A DNA stretch of 64,000 nt, from the NCBI RefSeq assembly GCF_009914755.1, contig NC_060932.1; one strand, given 5' to 3'. The DNA comes from the human T2T-CHM13v2.0 reference genome, Homo sapiens. The notes beneath the pieces were generated by a model that saw nothing but the letters and a program-made list of their open reading frames with translations, had not been told where the DNA came from and made no database searches. Below, one piece after another: positions 14,445-29,320 of the stretch (its first letter is position 1; each line of letters opens with the position of its first letter). Made by a program: the position numbers and the translations under genes.

Positions 14445-15044
14445 TCTGGGCACCATGTATACAGAGATTATCACAACTAAATCCTGGCCCTTTCGTAAGT
14501 TCCACTCTGGGGAGGAAATTGACAAATTGCAATAACCATTAGTAAAGGAACCCAGCAACTCTATTCTGGTGTCTTATTTCTGTTATTAAAATGTTTCCAT
14601 ATCTTAGTTTTCCTATCTGTAAAATGGTTGAGAGATTCTTGGTAAGATACATCAGACATTTTGAAGGGAATTCTTAGTATTGCTTTCACTAATTGGCCAC
14701 TGAAATTACTCTTTCACGAGGAGATGCAGAGAGAATTGGCATGGTTTCATCACCCCTTCCATACACAATTTTCCTAATGCAGAAAAGCAGAGAGCCCAAT
14801 ATGAATGCAAGCACCTGACGCCAGCAACATGACAGCGAGGGCATCTCTAGGTAGTCAGGGCAAGTAGAGTCAGAAGGAGACAGAGTGACAAGGGGTAGAA
14901 ATGAGAGTAGGGGGGAAGGACCAGAACATGGCTTGCTTTTTGCTATCTTCTAGAATATAATACAGGGACCTAAAGCAACTGTTTAGGGCAAAACAGGCTG
15001 TGCAAAAGAAAGAAAGTTGAAAAATTTATTTCAAATTCCTACCT

Positions 15045-15047
<3 letters not shown>

Positions 15048-15075
<28 letters not shown>

Positions 15076-15348
15076 GTGACGGAGTCTCGCTGTCTCCCAG
15101 GCTGGAGTGCAGTGGCGCGATCTCGTCTCACTGCAAGCTCCGCCTCCCGGGTTCACGCCATTCTCCTGCCTTAGCCTCCTGAGTAGCTGGGACCACAGGC
15201 ACCCACTACCACGCCTGGCTAATTTTTTGTATTTTTAGTAGAGACGGGGTTTCACCATGTTAGCCAGGATGGTCTCGATCTCCTAACCTCGGGAGGCCTC
15301 GGCCTCCCAAAGTGCTGGAATTACAGGCGTGAGCCACTACGCCCGGCC
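15048..15348 (-). mobile_element. AluY
   Basis: ctgcaagctccgcctcccgggttcacgccattctcc; long poly(T). Confidence 0.92.
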
Positions 15349-15759
15349 TAGCTTTCCTTCTTAATTCTAACTAAAGCCATAACGTTTCTCTATAACAATC
15401 AGAATTTACCCAATCACAATGAGCTTCCAAATGGCAAAGAGACTAAGTGAGCCAGTCACGTTGAATGAACTTCTGAATTTGCTTTACAGATGTTTGAGAC
15501 TGCTCAGGGAGGACAGATCAGGGGCCTGTGTGCAAGCTCACTTTCATTGTGCAGTACACAGCAGGCATTCACTAGAAGACCTCAAGGTGGACAGCATTCC
15601 TTGGAATCGTGCAACATGATGCCCTGATGGGGATATGTCTGGACTGGCAAAAACCCATCCCAACTACTTAGAATCAGAAATAGCATACGCTTCACTGTAG
15701 CATTGTCTTTTGGCAGGAGAGGCAACAATCTGACTTCTATCCATCCTGCTCAGTCTTAG

Positions 15760-16090
<331 letters not shown>

Positions 16091-16740
16091 ACTCAGGCCT
16101 TTTTAAGTAGATTTTTACTCTTCTGGGGTATTTGCTTTAAGAAATTGTTTACATGGGAAAGAGAAGGTTGCGCTTTTCCCGATTTAGCCATTTCTATCTC
16201 TGTACTTAGAAGAATAATTTTTTTTTACATTCACTAAAGTGTCACTTAAATAAGATGGGCAAGATGATCTCCAGGTACTAAACTATTAATGAGAACTTTT
16301 TCTTCTAGAAGGAAATTAAATGAATAGCAAATAGTCCTATTATTAGATTTTAAATGACTTTAATTTCTTAACACCAACTGGAAAGAAAATAGCCAGTGTT
16401 AGAATGTGTAATTGCTTATAATAGTAACAATAAAGATTTTATTTGCAATCTTATTATTCAGTGAGAAGGTTACTAAGCAATTTACCAGAGTGTGGGCCAA
16501 GGATTATAAAATTTCATTTACACACAAATGATAAAATGTGTTGCCATGGTGAAGGTCTGGTCAAAACAGGATAATGTTTTAGCTCATTTTAAATTTATCG
16601 GTGCAAGAATTGTCTGATATAAAGAAAGCAGCTTGATTCTCATAATCCATGAACCTTTTGGAAATAATGCAAAGAATAGCTGAAAACTAAAAACTCTCAA
16701 TTACTCTTTCTTAAACTTTCACTTTGATACTACCTGTAAA

Positions 16741-17190
16741 GTTTTTAAATATACTGATGCCCTAGTCCTTCCCCAGAGATGCTGATTCAATCAGCATGGG
16801 GTACAGTATGGGAACCTGAATTTTTTATATTTTTATTTTTTTTATTTATTTATTTTTAGAGTCACGCTCTTGCTCTGTTGCCCAGTCTGGAGTGCAGTGG
16901 TGCAATCATAGCTCACTGCAACCTTGAACCGGACTCAAGGGATCCTCCCATCTAAGCCTCCCGAGTAGCTGGGACTACACATGCGTACCACCACACCCAG
17001 CTAATTTTTGTATTTTTTGTAGAGATGGGATCTAGCGATGTTGCTCAACCTGGTCTCGAACTCCTGATTTCAAGCAATCCTCCCACCTCAGCCTCCCAAG
17101 GACTGGGATTATAAGCATGAGCCCCTGTGTCACGCCTGGGAATTGAAATTCTTAAAGCTCCCCAGGTGATTCTAATATGCTTCAAGTTGC
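16741..17190. mobile_element. MER5A interrupted by AluJ (16822-17137, minus)
   Basis: ccccagagatgctgattcaat..ggggt.. / ..aagctccccaggtgattctaatatgc flank a reverse AluJ. Confidence 0.75.
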
Positions 17191-17595
17191 AAAAATTTAT
17201 TCAGGCGGCACATCCTTCTGTCCAAAGACTACAGTAAAAGTGAAGCTTATTTATCACATATTTGTGCCTCAACAAGGGCTTTGCTTTAGAGATATTGTAT
17301 TGGTGTGTCTAAAGACAAATGAAGAAATAGAAATATAGAAAGATATATAGAAATAAAATAGAAATAGAACACTTAATAATAGGCAGCAGCAAATTATCTA
17401 TTACTATAATAGTATTCTGTTTTATATAATATCTATTAAAATAACTGAAATATAAAATAAATCAAAATAAATATAATCTCAGAGTTTATAAAGACTTACA
17501 TTCAAATAAACTTATCAGAGCCATATTAGTACATGATGAAATGCATTTTGTTTCCAGAGAAAGTTTAGTGCTTATGCATTTTAAAGAATACTAAT

Positions 17596-18125
17596 TCCAC
17601 TGTGGGTATACCCAAAGGAATATAAATCAGTCTAATATAAAGATACATACATGTTATGTTCATTGGAGCACTATTCACAATAGCAAAGACATGGAATAAA
17701 CCCAAATACCTGTCAATGATAGACCAGATAAAGAAAATGTGAGTACATATATACCATGGAATACTATGCAGCCATAAAAAGGAGTGAGATCATGTTCTTT
17801 GCAGGGACACGGATGGAGCTGGAAGTCATTATCCTCAGCAAACTAACACAGGAACAGAAAACCAAACACCGCATGTTCTCACTTATAAGTGGTTACTGAA
17901 CAATGAGAACACATGGACCCCGGGGGTGGGGAACAACACGCACTGGGGGTTTTCAGGGGGGCAGAGGAAGGGGGAGCATCAGGATAAATAGCTAATGCAC
18001 ATGGGGCTTAATGCCTAGGTGATGGGTTGATAGGTGCACAAACCACCATGGCACAGGTTTACCTATGTAACAAATCTGCACATCCTGCACTTGGGTCCTG
18101 GAACTTAAATAAAATTTTTAGAAAA
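17596..18125 (+). mobile_element. 5'-truncated older L1PA (L1PA13-16-like) 3' end
   Basis: cacaatagcaaagacatggaa..accatggaatactatgcagccataaaaa..; 13-bp TSD aaagaatactaat (17583-17595/18126-18138). Confidence 0.9.
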
Positions 18126-18611
18126 AAAGAATACTAATGCCATCCCATCATAAAATCAGGCTGTAGCCAGGTAACACAGGTGGTTTGGATACAAGTAGAG
18201 GCAACAGATTTAGTTTCTATTCAAATCTGAATTAGCCTCATTGCATTTCATGGAGTCAAACTATTACACAGATGTTAGCAAATGATCGCAGAAATGCATG
18301 GATTTGATCATAAAGGAAATCAAATTTAAAACAACTACCACCAGTGAGAAAACAGTTCACTGGTATCAGACTTCACGTGTCCATTCACAAAGCATTTCTT
18401 GAATACTTGTGAAGTAATGAGCTTTGCAAAATGGAAGAATGAGGATTCCAATTCTATCTGTGAAGCTTTATTACTGAAAACGAGTCTAAAGCAAGTATCA
18501 GCAAATTATAACATTTGCTCAGTATGGCTGACAAGTACATTATGTTTGCTATATTATTCTTCATACTTCTCATATATACTTGAAATATTTCACTTAAGAA
18601 AAGTTCAGTTT

Positions 18612-19047
<436 letters not shown>

Positions 19048-19419
19048 TCAAACAGTTGAGCAGCCAACTCTATATGATGGTATAGAGACCCAGGTTCTGT
19101 CATCTCATGTCTCCACCATTTCCTAAAGCGTCTTGGTGCATCACTGGACCCTCAGCATCCAGCTGGCATTCTGGGGAACAGAGTGGAAGATTGCACAGAA
19201 GATGTTTTACGAGACAGACTGAGGACTCACATACATCACATCTGCCCACATTCTATTGTCTAGGACCCAGTCACGTGGCTGCCCCTCCATGGAGGCTGGG
19301 AAATGTGGTTCAGCCCTTTGTCCAGGAAGAACAAGAAAAGGGCTAGGGGAGCATCTCACCAGTCTCTGTTGGTGGTGATTGCATAAGAAAGCAGATAAAG
19401 GGCTGAGGCAGCTCAAAGG

Positions 19420-20150
19420 AAAGAAACACTGCTTTTGGCAAAAGGGATTACGAAAAGCCTCACAGGAAAGGTGACTTCTGAATTGGAACTTGAAAGATTT
19501 GTAGGATTTAGAAGTGCAGAGATAAATTTTATTTGGGGTGGGGGTATAAACTATGTACAAAGGTAGGAAAGTAGAAAAGTAAAAGTCCATGCAGGGAGCA
19601 GAGAACAAAAGGGGGACAGCAGAGTATAGATAGGCTGGGCTGATACTCAGCTGTTACATACGGGAAGTCTATAAAAGTTGCTCAGAGAATGAGATGCTTC
19701 TGAACTACTTGACATCAAAAGTCACCAGTCCCAGCTCCTGAATGCCCACATGGCCATCCCAGCTGCCACTGGGACATCCTGAGCTTCTCCCACTGTCCAA
19801 GGAGATGCCCCCAACAGAGCCGACTCCTGCAGGACCCTGCTCCAGCACTGTGGTCATGTTAGTTTTGATTGTTAGCATCTGCATTTTACTGGCTGTTACA
19901 TATTTTTCACATCATCTCTGAACACCAGACCATAAGCAGAACTAATGGCAGGATTTGGAGAGGTAGACTGGAGCTAGTTCACAGTGTCCTCAAATGCCAC
20001 ACCATGAACTTTGGATTTTATTCATTAACAGGGAATTGAGTGTTCATCACAGACCTTTTCTGAGGAGACAAGTAATATGATCAGAGCTCTGTTTAGAAAG
20101 ACGATTCTGACAGCAGCTAATTTAGGATGATATGAAGAGAGAGAAAATAG
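19420..20150 (-). mobile_element. L2 fragments
   Basis: aggaaaggtgacttctgaattggaacttgaa..gaactttggattttattc..atgatcagagctctgtttagaaagac. Confidence 0.55.
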
Positions 20151-20356
20151 ATTACAAAGATTAAGTGATCTTTGTAAATGAATGGCACCAGGTTATTAAA
20201 ACAGCATGGAGGCTCCATCTAACTAGTTATTACAGTTACTAAGATAAGGAAAATATTGCCAACAAATTATATCAGACCTGTCCTTATTACTTTGTTCTAA
20301 TAATCAATGTTTATAACTGTAGTTGCTATTGCTGTATCTATAAGAGTGGACATATT

Positions 20357-20675
20357 GGCTGGTCGCAGTGGCTCATTCCTGTAATCCCAGCACTTTGGGA
20401 GGCCAGGGCGGGCAGATCACCTGACGTCTGGAGTTTGAGGCCAGCCTGGCCAACATGGTGAAACCACGTCTCTACCAGAAGTACAAAAATTAGCCGGGCA
20501 TGGTGGCAGGCACCTGTAATCCCAGCTACTCCGGAGGCTGAGGCAGGAGAATCTCTTGAACCTGAGAGGCAAAGGTTGCAATGAGCCGAGATTGCCCACT
20601 GGACTTGGACTTCGGACTTCAGCCCAGGGGACAAGAGTGAGACTTCGTCTCCAAAAAAAAAAAAAAAAAAAAAAA
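20357..20675 (+). mobile_element. AluS with internal GGACTT micro-expansion
   Basis: dimer; TSD aagagtggacat. Confidence 0.92.
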
Positions 20676-20862
20676 GAGTGGACATGTTATTCTGATATAT
20701 GTCTGAGGGCTCTAGTGCCACAATTCACAGAGCATCACTGGATAACCGTCCTTCATACTGTCCCTCAATTATCTCTGTAAGGGCAAAAATCTACTGGTTC
20801 TATTATTTAAGGAAAATACCTGGAATTTCCCCATCCTTATATTTTCCGCTGCTTTAACTCCC

Positions 20863-20995
20863 TACATACACATACATGCACACACGGGAGCAAATGCACA
20901 CACATGCACAGAGACACACATATACACATGAGCAAGTGCACACACACAACCATGTGCATATAGATGAACACCCACACATGCATGCAGGCACCCAC
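20863..20995. repeat. degenerate (CA)n-rich tract
   Basis: directly visible. Confidence 0.85.
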
Positions 20996-21325
20996 CAGGA
21001 CACTGGCATCTATGAGGGATCCTATGCCTGCCCCAGGATGTTGATGAGAACCTGCTTGCTTGCTCCATCTTTGCCACCTCCATATCCCAGATAGACATGA
21101 TTTTAATTCTTTTCTTTCTAGCTTTCAGACTTTTTTTTTTTTGACTTAAAAATCAAAGCCAGGTTATCCTTACCATGTAAGCGTATAATACTTCTCACTG
21201 AGGCCATAGTTCATCCCACTCACCTCAGACCTGATCCTTCCCTTCCCACATCTCCCACCCATGCTCTTGAAATGAATGGTGTTTTCCCTGCCCATTCTTG
21301 GGCTCCATCTCCATCTCCATCCCAT

Positions 21326-21740
21326 CTGAGCACAGAAGCTTCTGTCCCCATGGAGTTGGAGTGCACCACCCTATCAGCACGTCAATGCATTCACCAACCT
21401 GGAAGCTTTTCAAACTTCATCATTTACGGGTTTTTTTGGAGGTACCATTACATACGCATGATTTATTAAATCATTGGCCATTGGTGATTAGCTCAATTTC
21501 CAGACCCTCTTTTCTCCCTAGAGGTCTGGAGTTTCAGCTGAAAGTTCCAACCCTCTTATCATACCTTGTTCCTTCTGGCAACTAGCCCCTACCCTGAAGC
21601 TATCTAGGAGTCTACTCTTTTGATCTAAGAGTAGCCTCGTTATATCAAAAGATGGTCCTATCACCCAGGATATTCCAAGGGATTTGGGATCTGTGTGCCA
21701 GGAACCAGGGATGAAAACAAAATACTTATTTATCATACAT
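21326..21740 (-). mobile_element. MER21-type LTR
   Basis: agaagcttctgtccccatggagttgg..aaatcattggccattggtgatta..ctgaaagttccaaccctct..gtgccaggaacc. Confidence 0.8.
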
Positions 21741-21844
21741 ACCGTCCTAACATCAATTAGTGCAAGAAAATCATCTCTCCATTATCATTTTAAAATGTGT
21801 ACTGAAGTCATAACTGTGCTAATTTTAATAAGACCAATCCCTGG

Positions 21845-22200
21845 TATATTAGTTCATTTTCATGCTGCTGATAAAGACATACCTGAGACTGGGAAGAAAA
21901 AGAGGTTTTTAATTGGACATACATTTCCACATGGCTGGGGAGGCCTCAGAATCATGGCAGGAGGCAAAAGGCACTTCTTACATGGCGGCAGCAAGAGAAA
22001 AATGAGGAAGAAGCAAAATCGGAAGGCCCTGATAAGCCCATCAGATCTCGTGAGACTTATTCACTATCATGAGAATAGCATGGGAAAGACCAGCCCCCAT
22101 GATTTGATTACCTCCCCCAGGACCGTTCTACAACACGTGTGAATTCTGGGAGATACAATTCAAGTTGAGATTTGGATGGGAACACAGCCAAACCTTATCA
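21845..22200 (-). mobile_element. THE1A solo LTR
   Basis: catgctgctgataaagacatacctgagactgggaagaaaaagagg..acacagccaaaccttatca; TSD cctgg (21840-21844/22201-22205). Confidence 0.92.
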
Positions 22201-22861
22201 CCTGGACATAATAGTACTATATTAGTCTGAGTCAAGTTGGGAAATTAGAAGCCACATTAGGCTTTACAAATAGAGGGCATTTAATACAGGGAATTGGTTA
22301 TATGGTGTTGGAAGGTTGAGGCAACTCAGATATTAATAACTGCAGGAAGCAGTTCCCACTCCAGGTTGGAGGAACAAAGTGAAGAGAATTACCACAACTT
22401 AGGAGCTCGAAGGGTAGGTGGTTAGATTTCTGGTTAGATTCGCCAGTGCTTAGATTTCTGAGGGGTGGTGCATTGCACAGCTGCTGGAAGGAAAGACTTT
22501 TGAAGGGTGGGCACCACACAGCAGGTTCCAGAAGTACTGAAAGAAGCTGGGAGCCTGGCATGTGCTGCTGGCAGGATGCTAAAGGAAGCTAGAAACAGGA
22601 CGTCTCCCCTCCTCCTGCTTTCCCGTCTCCCACTGGAGCTCTACTTGGTAACATGTTACCATGTAACAGGACACCAGACAAAACAGAATCCAGGATATCT
22701 AGTTTGCACACTCCAACCCTAACCAAGACAAATTTCACATGAATACAAAATGAGGTGAGGCTCGACTCAAGGTGGCTGATTGGAACGGTCATATTGTAAA
22801 CACTGGGAGGCAAGAACCACAGAAGATAATGGCCAACATACCCTTTAATATTTACAATTAG

Positions 22862-23196
<335 letters not shown>

Positions 23197-23266
23197 CTAT
23201 TTTAGTATTATGATTTTTTTAACCTAGCATGGAAGCTAATTTGTATTTTTAAAAATCTATCTTTGG

Positions 23267-24719
23267 CCTCTCCCTCCCCCTCTTTGCACGGTCTCCCTCT
23301 GATGCCCAGCCGAGGCTGGACTCTACTGCCGCCATCTCGGCTCACTGCAACCTCCCTACCTGATTCTCCTGCCTCAGCCTGCCAAGTGCCTGGGATTGCA
23401 GGTGCGTGCCACCACGCCTGACTGGTTTTCGTATTTTTTGGTGGAGACAGAGTTTCACCATGTTGGCTGGGCTGGTCTCCAGCTCCTGACCGCAAGTGAT
23501 CTGCCAGCCTCGGCCTCCCGAGGTGCCAGGATTGCAGACGGAGTGTCGCTCACTCAGTGCTTGATGTTGACCAGGCTGGAGTGCAGTGGCATGATCTCGG
23601 CTCGCTACCACCTCCACCTCCCAGCCGCCTGCCTTGGCCTCCCAAAGTGCCGAGATTGCAGCCTCTGCCCGGCCACCACCCCGTCTAGGAAGTGAGGAGT
23701 GTCTCTGCCTGGCCGCCCATCGTCTGGGATGTGAGGAGCCCCTCTGCCCGGCCGCCCAGTCTGGGAAGTGAGGAGCGCCTCTTCCCGGCCGTCATCCCAT
23801 CTAGGAAGTGAGGAGCGTCTCTGCCCGGCCGCCCATCGTCTGGGATGTGGGGAGCGCCTCTGCCCTGCCGCCTCGTCTGAGATGTGAAGAGCGCCTCTGC
23901 CCGGCCGCCACCCCGTCTGAGAAGTGAGGAGCCCCTCCGCCCGGCAGCCGCCCCGTTTGGGAAGTAAGGAGTGTCTCCGCCGGGCAGCCGCCCCGTGCGG
24001 GAGGTGGGGGGCAGGGCCAGCCCGGCCGCCACCCCATCTGGGAGGTAGGGGGGTGCCTCTGCCCGGCTGCCCCATCTGGGAAGTGAGGAGCCCCTCTGCC
24101 CGGCCGCCACCCCGTCTGGGAGGTGGGGGGCGCCTCTGCCCGGCCGCCCCGTCTGGGAAGTGAGGAGCCCCTCTGCCCGGCCGCCACCCCGTCTGGGAGG
24201 AGTACCCAACAGCTCATTGAGAACGGGCCATGATGACGATGGCGGTTTTGTCGAATAGAAAAGGGGGAAATGTGGGGAAAAGAAAGAGAGATCAGATTGT
24301 TAATGTGTCTGTGTAGAAAGAAGTAGACATAGGAGACTCCATTTTGTTATGTACTAAGAAAAATTCTTCTGCCTTGGGATGCTGTTAATCTATAACCTTA
24401 CCCCCAACCCCGTGCTCTCTGAAACATGTGCTGTGTCCACTAAGGGTTAAATGGATTAAGGGCGGTGCAAGATGTGCTTTGTTAAACAGATGCTTGAAGG
24501 CAGCATACTCGTTAAGAGTCATCACCACTCCCTAATCTCAAGTACCCAGGGACACAAACACTGCGGAAGGCGGCAGGACCCTCTGCCTAGGAAAACCAGA
24601 GACCTTTGTTCACATGTTTATCTGCTGACCTTCCCTCCACTATTGTCCTATGACCCTGCTAAATCCCCCTCTCCGAGAAACACCCAAGAATGATCAATAA
24701 ATACTAAAAAAATTTTTAA
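23267..24719 (+). mobile_element. SVA retrotransposon, older subfamily (SVA_A/B-like)
   Basis: short CCCTCT head, antisense Alu-like domain, GC-rich VNTR (~23660-24200), SINE-R, AATAAA + A tail; 16-bp TSD aaaaatctat(c/a)tttgg (23251-23266/24720-24735). Confidence 0.96.
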
Positions 24720-25412
24720 AAAAATCTATATTTGGACACATTTTCTTATATCCTTGTTAGTACTGGCAAGGTAAAATTATTTCAGGCTATGAAACTAAAT
24801 CCGAAATTTTTGCAACACTGAATATATTCATGGAAAATATGTAATTTCAGTTACTATATTAGAATATCAGAAATAATGCTATTTCCAGTTTAATTCTTTG
24901 TTTTATAAATGTGCAAAATCTTTCTACAGCAACCCATTGTTTCAAAGACTGTTCTGATGCAAAGATTTTGAAACACATAAAAACCCATAATAAATACATT
25001 CATTCTTTCAAAAGTGCTCATTTCTATGACTCAAAAATGAAAAACAGATGATAAATATTTGTGCAAACTGGAAAAAGAAAGACATCGATTTCAAGAGTCC
25101 CAAATCTGGCAACTTTTGTTTTGATTAGCCAAATAGTGCCTCTCAAAACTCATTTTATTTCAATGCCTGGTTTCCGTGGGGGAAAAAAGGGGTTACTTAA
25201 CCTTAAAATGTCAGATCATTTGGCTCCAGGACTCTTTGGATTTTATGAGAAATGAGCTATCTCTGGGCTTGGATCCACTCAGCCTTTCTTTATACTTCAC
25301 GTCTATGGCACGAAATACTTTAGTTCCAGTATTAACAGTTAGTTCCTAGAGACTGAGAGGTCATGGGAGAGAGAAAAGTTCACAAATTTTGTTGAGAAAA
25401 GTTCTCAAATCT

Positions 25413-25741
<329 letters not shown>

Positions 25742-25889
25742 TCAATTATGGTATCTCTCAATCATGGTATCTTTTTTGGGCAACCAGTAGTATTAACAGC
25801 CATCCTGACGGGCATGCATTTTAAAATCCTTCTCAACTGCTGTTAATAACTCTGGAAAACAAGTATATTAAAGGACAGAAACCCTAAAA

Positions 25890-26310
25890 TGGCCAAGACA
25901 TCTCAGAAGGAGTGACAGTAAAATGACAACGCAAATACATGGTGTCCTTCAAAATAGGCACCATGGAGAGGATAACCTATTTCAATGATGCTGCCATTAT
26001 ACAAGTGTTTGGGGACCATTCTGAATCTTTTTGAAGCCACTTTAAATGACCCACAACCATAAAACAATCTATTTAATCACTTTCTTCTCAATCTTGCTTT
26101 TTGCCACCATAGAACATTTACACACCTCAGTGGGTTCCAAGTGACTTTTGAATGTTTTCCATTTTTAATAGCTATCATCAAAGACAAGCGTATATGAATG
26201 CTCCAAAAAATAGGCTTCATTACCAAAAAAAAAATTCCAGAATGAAAGTTTCAAGATATTTTGCATCCTGGGTATAACACAAATGTTAGCTCCCCAAGTT
26301 TCTACATTAA
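25890..26310. mobile_element. MARNA-like (Mariner) fossil
   Basis: cttcaaaataggcaccatggaga..atttcaatgatgctgccatt resembles recalled MARNA consensus. Confidence 0.5.
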
Positions 26311-26709
26311 AAGAAAAAAAAGCCATTGTAGTGTTCAGATTCTGGTTTTGCTTTTTTTTTTTTAATGGATCATAACATTTTATATAGCACATACGTTACC
26401 TGTGCCTTTAAGGGCAAACACGCTTCAGTGATCTTCCCCTGAGATTTTGCTGTCATTACTTAATTACAGTTTCATTTAAGAAGATGTTCCTCTGGAATGA
26501 GTTTCCCAGTGATTTTATCACATCCAATTACACCACTGAAGGTTTATAATGAATAAAGGCTCACAGAGTCAGAAAAACATTTGTCATTGGTAAACAAACA
26601 CTAGAATGTCATGAAAGACAACAGTGGAATAATTTCTCAACAAGTCAAGTGACCACAAGGAAACCAATGGACCAGCAGATGGAAAATGCTTCCAAAAAAT
26701 AAATGTTGG

Positions 26710-27810
<1,101 letters not shown>

Positions 27811-27923
27811 CTGCCTTCCTCCTGAACAGTAAAGTCATTTCCAATGGAGTCAACAAATAGGTTAAAGTAAAAAATAGGCCAAACTGTCAAGCAAATGGAT
27901 CCACTAGAAGTTACTCCAAGTTA

Positions 27924-28272
<349 letters not shown>

Positions 28273-28776
28273 AAATCAGAGTCTAAGAAAGAATTAGAGG
28301 ACACACACACACAGATGTCAAGCAGGAGACTGTTGGGACAACAAAGTTCAAGCTCACTACCTGTTTGAAAATTAATAAAGTCAAAGGGAAAATCCACCAA
28401 GAGGGGCAAGAATGAGGCTTAAACATCCACCACCACTGGCTCCCATTGTTCCCTGGAAGGCCTGACAAGTTCTTGCCATGCTGTTGGGCCCTGTGCTCTC
28501 AGCTTCCCGTGTCAACTCCTTGGCAGCCAAATTAGTCTCCACACCCCTCAGCCCAATGAGAATCTCATCTTCATTCTAAAGTCATGTCTCCCTAGTGCCC
28601 CTTCTGTTGTGTCACAAAAGTCAAGTCCATTTTGGAAATAATGTACAGGGAGCATTCTGGACTGCCTGGCTCCTTTGGGTCCCCTTCAGAGTCGAACACC
28701 TACCTTAAACCTTACAGCCACTCTCCCTTCCATATTGCCCAGAGAGACATTGATGATTGATTGATTGATTGATTGA

Positions 28777-29320
28777 CTGTTCATCATCTGAACCCCCTTT
28801 CTGTGTCTGAGGACTCTCATTGTGTGACTTTTGGTGGTTGGTCAGATGCCTTCTCACCTTGGAAACCCCAAATTTGGACAGTTGTTTTCTCAGACCCTGG
28901 AAGCTGTAACTTGGGCCTGGGATGAGGCCTCAGCCACCTAGATGCCCTCCCCCAACCCCCCCGCCAACCCCGGGAATTTGCTCTGGATTAAGTGATGCAA
29001 GCTATCAGTGAATTCCCAAGAAGTTTCCCTGGTGGCAGTGTCAGCAGAAGCCTGGAAATGGCATTTAGCTTCTCCTGGCTATAGCAGCGCTGGGCCCAGG
29101 CCCATACTCTGCAAAAGCAGTGGAGATACCCCAGCCAGCCTCTTCCTGGGGCATCCTCAAGGCCACTGACCCCCTGGTCTCCTTTGACTACTGCATGATT
29201 TCTGTTTTCTCCAGCTCCCTGTCCTTTCTGTAAGTTTTCTGATACCCTTCTAATAAATTCCATTTCTGCTTAAACTAACCAGAAATGACCTCTATCTGCA
29301 ACTAAGAAGCTTCAATATCA
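28777..29320 (+). mobile_element. LTR33/LTR16-like ERVL LTR (preceded by (TTGA)n)
   Basis: 3' end ttctaataaattccatttctgcttaaactaaccaga..tgcaactaagaa. Confidence 0.55.

Noticed and set aside
21684-22142. 152-aa ORF
   Set aside because: Runs across MER21 and THE1A sequence; chance fusion.
23605-24217. 138-174-aa GC-rich ORFs / apparent CpG island
   Set aside because: SVA VNTR translations, not a gene or gene promoter.
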